A stretch of 64,000 nucleotides of DNA from Sedimentisphaerales bacterium (GCA_963708075.1 OY970194.1:2048001-2112000), one strand, 5' to 3'; shown: positions 44,401-53,962, numbered from the stretch's first letter. Numbers and translations: made by a program. Notes: a model not told the origin generated them from the letters alone.

Positions 44401-46265
44401 TAGAGGAAGTCGAAACCATCGCCGGGCAGATGCAGCTCGCGGGCGACGTCGGCCACTTGGAGCCTGACCTGTGCCTGGCCTGCCAGACGTTTGTCGCCCT
44501 TGGGCAGCGCAAAGGTATCCGTGACGAGTCTGCCGGCTTCCAGCCGGAAAGGCCGCTGCGACGGCGTCACGTTGGTCACGTTCAACTGGGCATCCGTAAT
44601 CTCGATCGTGGTGTTCCCCTGCCGGCGAAGTTCTGCATAGACCCCCTCGCCTCCCTGGGCAGTCGCGGCGTCTTGGGACAAGTCCTGGCCTCTCGGGAAG
44701 ATCACGACGCCGGTCGAGGCCGTGTGAATCACCAGAGACAAAGGCGCCGGCTCCACAAGCAGATCCGTGGAGAAAGCACCCAGCGGGATTTCACGGTTCT
44801 GCGCGTGGTCGACACAGTTGCACGTGATGGTGTATGGTCCGGGAGCACTCAACTGAAACGGAATGCTGCGGTAGACCCGTTCCGAGGGATCCCACTCATC
44901 CGCGGCGATTGCAATGGGGCTGGCCGCTCGGCCGCGGGTCACGACGAAAGAAAGCGACAGATCTTCCCCCCGCAGAGGTGGAACGACCTCTGTCTGCTCG
45001 CCCAGCACTCTGGGGCGGTCAACAAGATGCGCCCCAATTCGCACTCGCTCATCCATCCAACAGGGTGACTTGGGTTCCATCTCAAGGCGCAAGAGAAAAT
45101 CCGTGATCAGATAGATGCGGCCGTCGTACTTTCCAGCGGCTCCGCTCCCACCCGGACGCCATTTTCCACACCAGTATCCGTCCAGCCGACCCGACTCGAG
45201 TGGACGACGCAGGATCATGATGTTCCACTTGGCCAGGGGAACGACCCGCCGGTCGATGCCGGACGTCTCGTCCAAGCCATCTTTCACCGCCAGGGAGTAA
45301 GGCTTGCCTGCCGCTCCGCCAGCCGCAGGCTCAAGGGTAACCGATTCAAGCGATGGGCCGATGAATACCACCGTTCGATGGTGCTTGCTGACGTCAAACA
45401 TGGCTGTGTTCGAGATCGGCGGGGAGCCTGGCACGGCCTGGAAGATATTCAGGAAGATGTCCAACAGGGAGGATGTGGCCGTGATGCGATAGGTTCGGCC
45501 GCGAGTCGTGTCCCCGATCTTGTCCATCAGCTTCTCGGCGGCCATATCCGCGTTCCTCAGTCTCCGCGGCTCCCGGCCGCTTCGGTAGGACCCTGCATTG
45601 ACGATGATTGCGTAGACGCGGATGTCCTCGGAGGCCAAGCCGGCGGCTGCCTTCAGAACTGGACCCCCGGCCATCTGGCTCGCGGCATGATCCGGATCTC
45701 CATCGCTCAGGAGGATGACGATCCCATGACCCTTTGCACGGTATTTCTCCCGAGCCAGGCCGATGCGCCGGCGAGCCCACTGCAGGGCCACCTCGACGCG
45801 TGTCCCTCCGGAATCCGACTTGCGCGTGCTGATCTGTTCCCTCACGTTCTGCCAGTCCGCACCGACCTGCTGCCACGTGAGCAACGCATTGCCTGGTGCC
45901 GCCGCCTCAGAGGTGCCGCCGGGCAGTCCCTCGCTGATGCGGTCACTGAACTTGCACACCCCCACGAGATTCTCCGTGGGATTCTCCCCCAATAACGCGA
46001 GGAACGTAAATTGAGCATCGTCCCGAAGGGTCGTCCGCTTTCCGGTCGCCTTATCCTCGAATAACGGATCGCTCGCGTTCATGCTTTGCGAGACATCCGT
46101 GCAAAGCACGATGAAATATGGGTCGTCCGAGGCGTTGGCAGGTCCTTGCCCGGAGACAGCCGTGCGCCCCTGACCGTAGGCCTCGGCACCAGGCAGGATA
46201 GCCATGATCGTGACCAACAGAAATCCGACCAGGTAACCTCTCGCGTGTTTCTCTTGTATCCTCAT
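41442..46265 (-). CDS. Large membrane-anchored von Willebrand factor A (vWA) domain protein
   Basis: Signal peptide, then MIDAS residues DVSQS, GGTRVE and ILLSDG, a ~1,200-aa beta-rich ectodomain, TM IPLVWGLVLVVAAVGALAQI and a ~140-aa cytoplasmic tail. The start was placed at MRIQEK. Confidence 0.85.
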   Translation of the reverse strand: MRIQEKHARGYLVGFLLVTIMAILPGAEAYGQGRTAVSGQGPANASDDPYFIVLCTDVSQSMNASDPLFEDKATGKRTTLRDDAQFTFLALLGENPTENLVGVCKFSDRISEGLPGGTSEAAAPGNALLTWQQVGADWQNVREQISTRKSDSGGTRVEVALQWARRRIGLAREKYRAKGHGIVILLSDGDPDHAASQMAGGPVLKAAAGLASEDIRVYAIIVNAGSYRSGREPRRLRNADMAAEKLMDKIGDTTRGRTYRITATSSLLDIFLNIFQAVPGSPPISNTAMFDVSKHHRTVVFIGPSLESVTLEPAAGGAAGKPYSLAVKDGLDETSGIDRRVVPLAKWNIMILRRPLESGRLDGYWCGKWRPGGSGAAGKYDGRIYLITDFLLRLEMEPKSPCWMDERVRIGAHLVDRPRVLGEQTEVVPPLRGEDLSLSFVVTRGRAASPIAIAADEWDPSERVYRSIPFQLSAPGPYTITCNCVDHAQNREIPLGAFSTDLLVEPAPLSLVIHTASTGVVIFPRGQDLSQDAATAQGGEGVYAELRRQGNTTIEITDAQLNVTNVTPSQRPFRLEAGRLVTDTFALPKGDKRLAGQAQVRLQVADVARELHLPGDGFDFLYETPQELTCQFSDQRTALWVGEHHQQILHLSIFPVFPDSADVAVSLFPQELPRAAMTFLGEPADEPVVLPVQCTLDRLTREKQDNAIKVTGTYKLELGGVIPPSRRCEIDFGTILSGLQAQKKSYEVTDPVFTYRVVQDLDEQTLEGVAETLVADEPVVFGAAWTADQDVNSVVIEVREQGISDGGKPVRVLLPDAGTATSSQITRVLQKELQKDKNYDVDIIIDCKPKGADEYTTIRLPGGAFKAIERHLELSQLVVGSGGGEDLSCYALETMQIPLRACFTGYTPGNPDHNRLVTDFKNSCRLAATNDSGPQDDISARMEWTTAKEGPGRSYVLEGHALYTPNRTGPHVMELAGDFEESGSAGTLRSILTATCRLSARAPRFTLKVLEIVSPDERVLFDSERLISGGKQPDPSRNSYATPLRILLDSSGAIGSSSDPLLNVSVALKRRNLTEAYTETVFSREVGFTSGNEKAEILVDRSPLEREGDYFLQVSTTGPGTGSARLSLTTPTLVTIGNRIVPEEIIPPHGFLTPTTRQWPFSYRIPVQTALPFRSADLTFEFQFAGMEDTWLKGVASVDESDSCLRVQHPDFLPSLDGIVDGPMKFRLRCMNIDPVTWKSLSPVQIAKPYLEGVDLHWKKGANERMLTEANPTLKPPFRLWVRPRFRPAAELQGWWSTRQTEVSIVRTTGLVEGEPNASPELLMKTIALANAGRKGDSAKVRLVQNPPDGQADEPDMSEPSSRRIWGWPRVRHDDVYQILVWASYEERPFDTPVAGSRKIPIPLREIKECMIAGTINVERPFLDIPLVWGLVLVVAAVGALAQITKRWVPTPDSLGLRIYVRGDAMVTPQESNPAEVSLANETSCADEMQVYAEYLSSRHPGWSPAAVRWMTRLIVLLRRLFLPRRRLCISVRPMVDSAARDVQMALVCLWTGPGRRHGALWSSRHGVIDLSHTQTEDKEVEFNLTYRVDPDPDKITVPVKMCIGRA

Positions 46266-46367
46266 CCGATGTTTCCCCCACTCTCTTGTTTCCTGTATCC
46301 CGCATTGCCTCAGTCTGGCCTGATTCCATCCGCAGGCGATCTCTCCCATCTGTGCCGGCCATGCCGA

Positions 46368-49017
46368 TTACCGGGTAAGCGGGCCATCTTCATTTTCCTC
46401 ACGAAGCGCCTCCACCGGTTTGCGGTAGTCCGCAATAACGTTCATGACATGCTTCACGCTACAGTCGATGTTACGATCTCCCTGCTGGATCTGATTGATC
46501 CATTGGTCGATTTGATCGAGGGTGCGCCGCTGCAGGTGCACCGGGTCTTGCTCCCGGAACAGGGTGAGATACAACCCAGAGATGGCTCGCCGGAACAACT
46601 GCACGTCTTCATCGTTTGCCAGCCCTTCATGGGCCAGAGCCTCGATGGCCTTCTCAAACGAATCCTGAGCCTCGCGAACTTTGCCGCCGTGCAGCAATTC
46701 TTCACCCTCGGCCACGACGGCCGCGCGGTCGCAGATCTGCCGCAGAATGTGCAGCTGGTTCCTTGGATCGAGGCTGCTTCTCTTGCCGGTGTTGTGAACT
46801 GGGCACGACTCCAGGCACGTGCCAATCACGGCCTGGATGTCCCGGAGAATCTCCGGCGACGCTTCCGCAATTGCCGGGGCAAAGCTCTTCTCGAGAGCCT
46901 GCCACAGCTCATCCAACTCGGCGCCCACGCCGTAATAGGACCTTATCAGCCGCCGCAACAGGACGCAGGCCTCTTGAATGAGAACCGGCCCGAGCCGCAG
47001 GACTCCACACCGCCTCCGGTCCCAGTGGCTCCGACTGAAGCAGCTTCTTCACGACGCCCAGGATTTCGTCCCTGGATTGCATGAGTTCCTGGGGCGGATT
47101 CTTCATCTTCCGAAGGGCGAGCAGACAGTACAGGGGCGCGCAGGCGGGCGATAACGACGGGTCGTGTCCAATCGCTCGGGCAAGCATCTCCTCCGCGCCA
47201 TCGTCGTTGGTCCGGCCTTCCGTGACACCCTTAAGGACCTGTCGCAGGTGGTACTGGCCCTGATGCCTCTCCAGGCGGGATCGCCACACCTCCCAGTCCT
47301 CGACCATGCACATGGGATCGTTGACCTGACACTTGCGAAGAGCCTCGTAGGTTTCCTGACGGACAGGCTCTTGCCAGTTGTCCGGGCAGGTGTCATGGAG
47401 TCGCTTCCTCGGCTCGGCGACCCGCTGCTCGATGTCGGCTCGCCTCAACCCGGCCAGATGCTTCTCGATCTCCGCCGGTAAATCACTGAGCAATGGTCCG
47501 ACGTCGCTCTCCGAGGCGTTCGTACCAGTGAATTGCTCCACGGCCTCCCTGACGCGGCGAAGAAGGGCCTCCGATTCAGACTCCGCCTGGCACAGGTCCG
47601 TGCAGCCACAGAATGCCTCGACTTGTTCCCTGAGGTCCATACAGGTTCGATAGCGATCGCGCTGCGCGTGGTCCTGGGCCTGACAGTGGACTTCATCCAG
47701 GCGTTGCGTGATCCCTTCCCGAAGCGATTGGGCGAACGAGTCGTCATCGGATTTTTCCAAGGCATCGGACAGGCACCTGAGTACGCGTTCGGCCGGCCTG
47801 TACTGCCCGGACATCTGGTACTCCTCGGCCTGCCTCATGGCAATCTGCGCGTGCCGCCTGATCCAGGGGACCGACCTTTCCCCGGAGGCCAGAGATGGGC
47901 GAATGTCGGAGGCATAGAGGAGGCCGGCCGCCTCTGCACACGCGTCAAGTGAATCCTGTTCGTGGCGTCGTTTCTCAGGGCTGCCCGCCGGATTTCGTGC
48001 TCCGGTGGCATTTTCCGCCGGCTCCATCGGCCACAACTGCAGTTCAGCCGCAATGGAATCCCGCTCGCACTTGCCCCCCGAAGGGTCCGCTATCCTCTGG
48101 GCCCCGTCCGCCAGATAGACGATGAGCCGGTTGAGCCGGGTGAATGTCGGGTCATTCAGAATCTTCAAACGCTTCAGCAACAGTTTGCGCTCCAGGGCTC
48201 GCCGACCCGGGTCGTCACTGCCGGTGAAATCAGCACCGTCCGGCTGCCTTTCTTCAGCGTCCCGGGCATCATCGATCGTGCCCTGCGTTCCTTCCAGGAT
48301 TGGCCGGCCGGTCTTCTCGAACTCCACTTCAGATGGGTCCGGTCCGAGGCACCGCTGACGAGCTTTCCTGGGCAATCCAGCCATGAAATCGACCATGACC
48401 GCTTCCACCTGATCGTGCAGGGGATACCGGTGGAACGCTTGCTCCAATAAGGTCAGCAGACTGTAACACGCCGCCGGCAGCTTCATGAATCCGGCAATTC
48501 CTTCGGCGGCATCCTCCCCTGGAATCGCCGCAGCCGCGATGTCCCGGATGCCTTCTGCCTGGCCAAGACGGACGCGCAGGACCCCGCGGTTCGACCGTGC
48601 CAACAGGGCCAGGTGAGGCTCCTGGGACGTTTCCCTCAAATAGGCGCTGTAAGAGGCGATCGCGGCCTCATAGGACTGGGCCAGTTCCTCGAGCCACGCC
48701 GCAAGCCACTCCAGCCGGGACCGGATCAGGGCGTCAGACCAGTTCCAGCCACGCAGTGCCTCGACTCGTTCAAGCAGTGTAGTCAAATCAGTGGAGTCTG
48801 CACCGATGACATACATTCCTGGGAGCCGCAGGAGGAGTCGGTTCATCAACTCCTCCAGGTGACGAGGGTGCAACAACTCAATCAACGGACGTGGGGCCGC
48901 GGACTGCGCTGGATCACGAGCCAGGGTGGATTCGTCCACTCTGCCGCTCAAGATCAGCTCGACAAGCGATTCAACATCCGTCTGAATCCACTCTCCGCCT
49001 ACTTGAACGCCTACCAT
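46368..49017 (-). CDS. Large alpha-helical TPR-like protein with GYF_2-like N-terminus (~880 aa); frameshift near 47020
   Basis: ORF 46909..49017 continues in the frame of 46368..46958 (GVLRLGPVLIQEACVLLRRLIR). TPR-like segments are YEAAIASYSAYL...LARSNRGVLRVRLGQ and GQYRPAERVL. A GAGGGGAG RBS is present. Confidence 0.65.
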
Positions 49018-50054
49018 GGCTGTACTCCCCTCGCTTCATGCACCAGGGGCTTTGACGCTCACCGCCCCTTCCATCCGAACCGTCGTGACCGATCTCTCCC
49101 TGAGATATGTCCTCAACTCGCTTCCTTTCGTTCACAGCGGTCTTCCCGAATGCTCACACCCCCCAAACGCAAGGACTTCCTCGCAAGCCGTGAGCCAACG
49201 CCGTGATTCTGCCCTGCCAGTGATCCTTCCCCACTGCGGGCAGTTCCAGCGTGACACCGACATTCACTCTCCAGCCCGTGACCCTGACCACAAGCATACT
49301 CAAGAAGTGAAGGTGGGTAATATATCAGGGTGATGTCCCTACAGGACCCACATGCCTGCGGGAACAAACGCCCGTTCTCGAGTAGGCCCCAACGGCTATC
49401 GGGCCCTGTTCAACAGCCTCTGCATTGAATTCAACCCCCCATAAGTCGGCCGGGCGCTGCCAACAGGCAGCACCGAAGACCAGTTATCATTGTGCCCCGA
49501 GGACTACGTTCGGGTCGACCTATCCGTTCGCAGATTCGTGGCGAGGCGGCCCTCAATTTGAGAGCCTCCTGCGAATCACCCGCCAGGCGGATCCACTCCT
49601 GTCCCGCCCCGCAAGCGACAATGGCCCGCCAAGGACTCCCCCGAGCCAACTGCCGGCGTACATCCCTGCCCCGGCCGCTATCAAGACGCAGACTCCCATG
49701 CCGAGGAACCGCCCCGGTCCGAGTTCAACGCTGAACCAGCGGCACACGGGTTTTCAGTCCGAACAGGGCTTTCGTAAGTCCTTGCGGCATAAGGCTTAAG
49801 GATTAACAGACAAAGACTTGAGACTATGCGTAGATCAGCCGACGGGCAACCGGAGAGCGATTGCCGGCACACGAGCGCCACATGATGGCCGTATTTCGCG
49901 CTGTCTCTCTCTTTGCATGGGGTTCATCTATGCCTTTTCTGATTTGTGCCTCCCCCCCGCCCCGACGTAGCCAACGATCACCGCCGCTCAGGGGAATTGC
50001 CCCGGGACTGCTCAGGCTGGCCTGTACCACTTCTCATTGGAGGGAACAACCAAC

Positions 50055-50185
50055 AAGAACAGGCCGGCGGCTCCATTGTCCGCCGACCTGTTCCCAAGTG
50101 TGTGTCAGGTGGGAACACGTCCCATGGTTGCACCGCCCGGTTGTAGATGCGGATATCATCCATTAGGCCGGTCCAGTAGCTGGCG
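50055..50185. repeat. Degenerate 131-bp direct repeat, right copy
   Basis: Matches 35676..35806 in the same orientation. Confidence 0.8.
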
Positions 50186-50262
50186 GGGGTGAGATTCTTT
50201 CCGGCGCCGATGAGCAGAGTGCCAGAGGAATCTGCCAGACTGCCCTGAGCGTCTTCGGCCGC
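50122..50262 (-). pseudogene. C-terminal fragment of a LamG-domain gene
   Basis: AEDAQGSLADSSGTLLIGAGKNLTPASYWTGLMDDIRIYNRAVQP; compare LTIGG...FKGMIDDVRLYNRAL in the LamG of 55654..58593. Confidence 0.75.
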
Positions 50263-50423
50263 GAGGCACGCCGGATGGTGGGGCAGTACGTGATGACCGA
50301 ACACGATTGCCTGGCCCGACGGCAGACTCCGGAGCCAATCGGCATGGGCTCGTACGTGATGGATTCGCACAACGTGCAGCGGTACGTCACAAAAGAGGGT
50401 TCTCGTGCAGAATGAAGGGGATG
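50260..50423 (+). pseudogene. Internal fragment of an FAD-dependent oxidoreductase (PF12831-like)
   Basis: Manual translation REARRMVGQYVMTEHDC...IGMGSYVMDSHNVQRYVTKEG, then VQNEGD in a shifted frame. Confidence 0.75.
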
Positions 50424-50582
50424 TCTGTTCCTACGGGCCAACGTATCGCCCAGCCGTGGCGTAACATCCACAAAGGAACGTCGCACACAACAGATGCTTG
50501 CCTACCCCGCAGCCTTCCGGTACACTTGCCCCTGTTCTGACCGACGCAAATGAGCAATCTCAGCCGGTCCGGTGGACCCGTC

Positions 50583-50810
50583 ATGGCAACAACCAAGAAG
50601 AATCTGATCGACCGCATCGCCGAAAGCACCGGCACGAGGCAATCGCTGGTCAAGAGGGTCGTCCAACAGTTCTTCGGCGACGTCATCCATGAAATGACTC
50701 AAGGCAATCGCATCGAACTCCGCGACTTCGGCGTATTTGCGACAAAGACAACGCCGGCCCGGGTGTCCCGGAACCCCCGCACTTTGAAGAAGGTCCAGGT
50801 GCCGGCAAAA
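50583..50810 (+). pseudogene. HU/IHF DNA-binding protein gene truncated before its last strand and helix
   Basis: MATTKKNLIDRIAESTG...GNRIELRDFGVF...RNPRTLKKVQVPAK, followed by unrelated sequence instead of the ..VKFK.G motif. Confidence 0.8.
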
Positions 50811-51110
50811 CTGGCCGACTGCAGAGGAGACCATCCTTGCAGCGTTGGACCACAGTGGGCAGGAGATCTGGAAACGGAAATTCCCGGGAATCCATTCGCA
50901 GTTCGGCCCGGGGACATCCCCGATCATCTTCGGGGATATTGTGGTCTTTACACACGAACAGGAAGGGAATGAGACATACCCCAGCACCTGGATTGCTCTT
51001 GATCGACGAACCGGACAGACACGCTGGAGCAGGCAGCGGCGAAACAGCGAAACCTCGTGCTCAACACCATGTGTCTACCGGATGGAAGGGGATAAGCCGC
51101 GACTGATCTC
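50809..51110 (+). pseudogene. Internal fragment of a PQQ-binding-like beta-propeller (BamB-type) gene
   Basis: NWPTAEETILAALDHSGQEIWKR...QFGPGTSPIIFGDIVV...WIALDRRTGQTRW...STPCV. Confidence 0.75.
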
Positions 51111-51178
51111 CATTGGCGAAAGAATGCGTTGACTCGGCCGGGCGTAAGAGCTATCATTCCGCAAAAGCTACAGTCTAC

Positions 51179-51238
51179 AAGCCCCCGCATAGTCTCGCTT
51201 CCTCTCCCTCCGCACTGCGGGGGCTTCTTTCTTCTTCT
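51179..51238 (+). terminator. Terminator-like hairpin
   Basis: aagcccccgca ... tgcgggggctt (11-bp stem, 26-nt loop) followed by ctttcttcttct. Confidence 0.45.
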
Positions 51239-51527
51239 GCCGCACCCTGTATTGCCGGACTGGGCCTCTCCGGGATGCGACGCGTGACTTCGGATCGCCC
51301 CTTCGACAGCAAGACTGGCCGTTGCCGTGATGGTATCGGATTCCTATAATGGCTCGCAACTGCTTCTGTGCTGTGCAGGCCATGTGAGCGATGCCGGCAG
51401 AAGGCCGCGTGAAAATGGAATTGACGATGAAGTGGACACAAGCTGCGGAATGGACACCGCCCGTCGAAAGACAGTGTCGCGTGGCGGCAGGCGTCCACTT
51501 CGTACTTCTCTACAGAGCCTCCATCCC

Positions 51528-53672
51528 ATGATTTTGCTCCATCTGGAATCACTTTCCCGACAGACCACGAAGTCCGATCTGCTGGCTTTCCTTGTATCAA
51601 TTGGACAACTGGAGCGTCGCCGTGTAGGACGAATCGATCTGCGGGCCGGTGAGGCCGTAGTCGAAGTCCCCGACGACTGGCAGTGCCGCCTGGTCAAAAC
51701 CCTGGATGGCCAGATGCTTGGGGATCGCCGAGTTCGAGTCTGGGCGGAGAGCCCGCCAAGTTGCGAGGATGCCGGAGGGCATCATTTCGAACGGTTGACC
51801 CGCATGCTCGAATTGGAGAGCCGAGCGCAAGTGCAAGAGGCAACGGAGCGTAGTCGGCGCTTGTCCCCTGCTGACGCGGAACGGACTGGAACAAGCCTGG
51901 TAGACCTGATCGTCGCGGATGAAGATACCGGTCTTGGCGGTCGATATCTCCTGCAACTTATCAAACGCAAGCGTTCCCCGCTGCCGTGGACCCGCTTGGG
52001 CGTGGGCAGTCCCGTCGTGCTTTCACCCGACACAGGCAAGGGTGCAGCCGGACATCGGGGTGTGGTTTGCGAGCGTGCGGAAGGGTTCCTGCGAGTAGCA
52101 CTCGGTAGCATGTCAGACGATCTGGCCGAACATGAGACATGGCGGCTGGACCTTTCCAGCGACGAGATAGCAGTGCAAAGACAACGAGCGGCTCTGCAGC
52201 GGGCACGACTGGCTCGAGCAGAACGTCTGGCGGAGCTGCGGGACATCCTGTTGGGCCAACGGATGCCGGAATTCGACCGCGAGCGAGAGGAACCAGTCCT
52301 CAATCCCGGACTCAACGACACGCAGCGTCAAGCCGTCCAGTTCGCCCTGGCGGCACGCGATGTAGCCCTGATTCATGGACCACCGGGCACCGGCAAGACG
52401 ACCGCCGTCGTGGAACTGATTCGACGAGCGATCCGACGCGGCGAGAAGGTCCTGGCCTGCGCCCCGAGCAATCTGGCCGTAGACAACATCTTCGAGCGGC
52501 TGCTGGCCGCCGGCGAGCGGGCAGTGCGGCTGGGACACCCAGCGCGTGTGATGGCGGATCTTCGCGCTCACACGCTCGATCTGCTGGTGGAGAACCATCC
52601 GGATGTCCGACTGGCTCGCAAACTGGTCAAAGAAGCCATGGGGTTGTTCCGACAGGCAGGCCGCTATACCCGAGCCAAACCATTGCCCGGGCGCGCGCAG
52701 GAGACCCGACAAGAGGCCAGAAACCTGCTGGCCGACGCCCGCCGGCTGGAGGCTCAGGCCGTCGAGCATATCCTCGACACCGCGGATGTCCTGTGTGCGA
52801 CCACAACTGCCCTGGATAGTGACCTTTTAGGCACGCGGCGGTTCGATCTGGGCGTCATCGACGAGGCGTGCCAGAGTACCGAACCGGGGTGCTGGGTCCC
52901 GCTGCAGTGGTGCAATCGGGTGGTACTGGCGGGCGACCATTGCCAGTTGTCCCCAACGGTCGTCAGCCCGGAGGCGGCGGCCGAGGGTTTGGGTGTGAGT
53001 CTGTTCGAGCGGCTGATAGCCCTCCACAGCCGGTCCATAGCCCGCCAACTGACCGTCCAGTATCGAATGCATCAAGCCATCATGAATTTCTCATCGCAGG
53101 AGTTCTACGAGGCGAAACTCCAAGCCGATGCATCGGTGCGCGAACACGTGCTGGCCGGCCTCTCGGGCGTCACCGCCACAGGTCTTACACAGTCGCCGGT
53201 CGAGTTCATCGATACCGCCGGAGCAAGCTTCGACGAGGAGGTTGAACCCGATGGCGAGAGCCGCCTGAATCCAAAGGAGGCAGCTCTTGTATGCCGGAAA
53301 GTCCAGGGACTGCTGGACTGCGGCGTGGCCCCAGGCGATATCGCTGTCATCGCTCCATACGCCGCCCAGGTGCGGCTCCTTCGCGAGCAGTTGTGCATAC
53401 CGGGCTTGGAGATCGACAGCGTGGACGGCTTCCAGGGACGGGAGAAAGAAGCCGTGGTGATTTCGCTCGTGCGATCCAACCCGCAGGCCGAGATCGGTTT
53501 CCTGCAGGACGTGCGACGGATGAACGTGGCCATGACCCGCGCCCGCAGGATGCTGCTGGTGGTCGGCGACAGCGCGACGCTGTCGGCCCATCCGTTCTAT
53601 CGACGGATGATCGAGTACTTCGATGCCCTGGGGGCCTATCGGACAGTGTGGGAAGAGGATAGCGAGATCTGA
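51528..53672 (+). CDS. Superfamily 1 (Upf1/IGHMBP2/DNA2-NAM7-like) helicase with N-terminal DbpA-type RNA-binding domain
   Basis: LNDTQRQAV, IHGPPGTGKTT, APSNLAVDN, IDEACQ, LAGDHCQL, QYRMH, IAPYAAQV, VDGFQGREKE and RRMNVAMTRAR. The N-terminus reads VGRIDLRAGEAVVEVP...LDGQMLGDRRVRVW. Confidence 0.9.
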   Translation: MILLHLESLSRQTTKSDLLAFLVSIGQLERRRVGRIDLRAGEAVVEVPDDWQCRLVKTLDGQMLGDRRVRVWAESPPSCEDAGGHHFERLTRMLELESRAQVQEATERSRRLSPADAERTGTSLVDLIVADEDTGLGGRYLLQLIKRKRSPLPWTRLGVGSPVVLSPDTGKGAAGHRGVVCERAEGFLRVALGSMSDDLAEHETWRLDLSSDEIAVQRQRAALQRARLARAERLAELRDILLGQRMPEFDREREEPVLNPGLNDTQRQAVQFALAARDVALIHGPPGTGKTTAVVELIRRAIRRGEKVLACAPSNLAVDNIFERLLAAGERAVRLGHPARVMADLRAHTLDLLVENHPDVRLARKLVKEAMGLFRQAGRYTRAKPLPGRAQETRQEARNLLADARRLEAQAVEHILDTADVLCATTTALDSDLLGTRRFDLGVIDEACQSTEPGCWVPLQWCNRVVLAGDHCQLSPTVVSPEAAAEGLGVSLFERLIALHSRSIARQLTVQYRMHQAIMNFSSQEFYEAKLQADASVREHVLAGLSGVTATGLTQSPVEFIDTAGASFDEEVEPDGESRLNPKEAALVCRKVQGLLDCGVAPGDIAVIAPYAAQVRLLREQLCIPGLEIDSVDGFQGREKEAVVISLVRSNPQAEIGFLQDVRRMNVAMTRARRMLLVVGDSATLSAHPFYRRMIEYFDALGAYRTVWEEDSEI

Positions 53673-53683
53673 CGCTGCAGGAA

Positions 53684-53962
53684 CTTGCCGGAGCCCGTCT
53701 GGAGCAGGTGACACCGAAGGTCAAAGCGGACCGGGCGACTGGCCGGTGGAATACCTTCCACATAGTCACAAGGGGCGACCGCCTGACAGTTGCGCTCAAC
53801 GGACAACGAGTCATCGACGACGCTCAGTTGCCTGGTATCCCGCATCGCGGTCCGATCGCGCTGCAGCATCATGGTGATCGCAAGGATGGGGAATGGGGAG
53901 CATCCTTCCTCCAGTTCCGTCGCATATTCATCAAGGCGTTGGATCAGCCGCATGGCCGGTGA
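53684..53962 (+). pseudogene. C-terminal fragment of a DUF1080 (3-keto-disaccharide hydrolase) gene
   Basis: VTPKVKADRATGRWNTFHIVTRGDRLTVALNG...GPIALQHHG...LQFRRIFIKAL; the N-terminal half is absent. Confidence 0.75.

Noticed and set aside
49773..49800. Imperfect palindrome cgtaagtccttgcggcataaggcttaag upstream of the tubulin operon
   Set aside because: There is only one clear copy in the window, so a function cannot be supported.
35676..50185. Direct repeats as a diversity-generating retroelement TR/VR pair or as prophage att sites
   Set aside because: There is no reverse transcriptase, integrase, tRNA or phage gene, and the mismatches are not adenine-specific.
50550..50972. 140-aa ORF as an intact HU with a novel C-terminal domain
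   Set aside because: The tail is an out-of-frame reading of a PQQ-propeller fragment, and HU similarity stops at VPAK.
51327..51527. N-terminal 67 aa of the 781-aa helicase ORF
   Set aside because: The composition is not protein-like; domain similarity starts at MILLHLE (51528).
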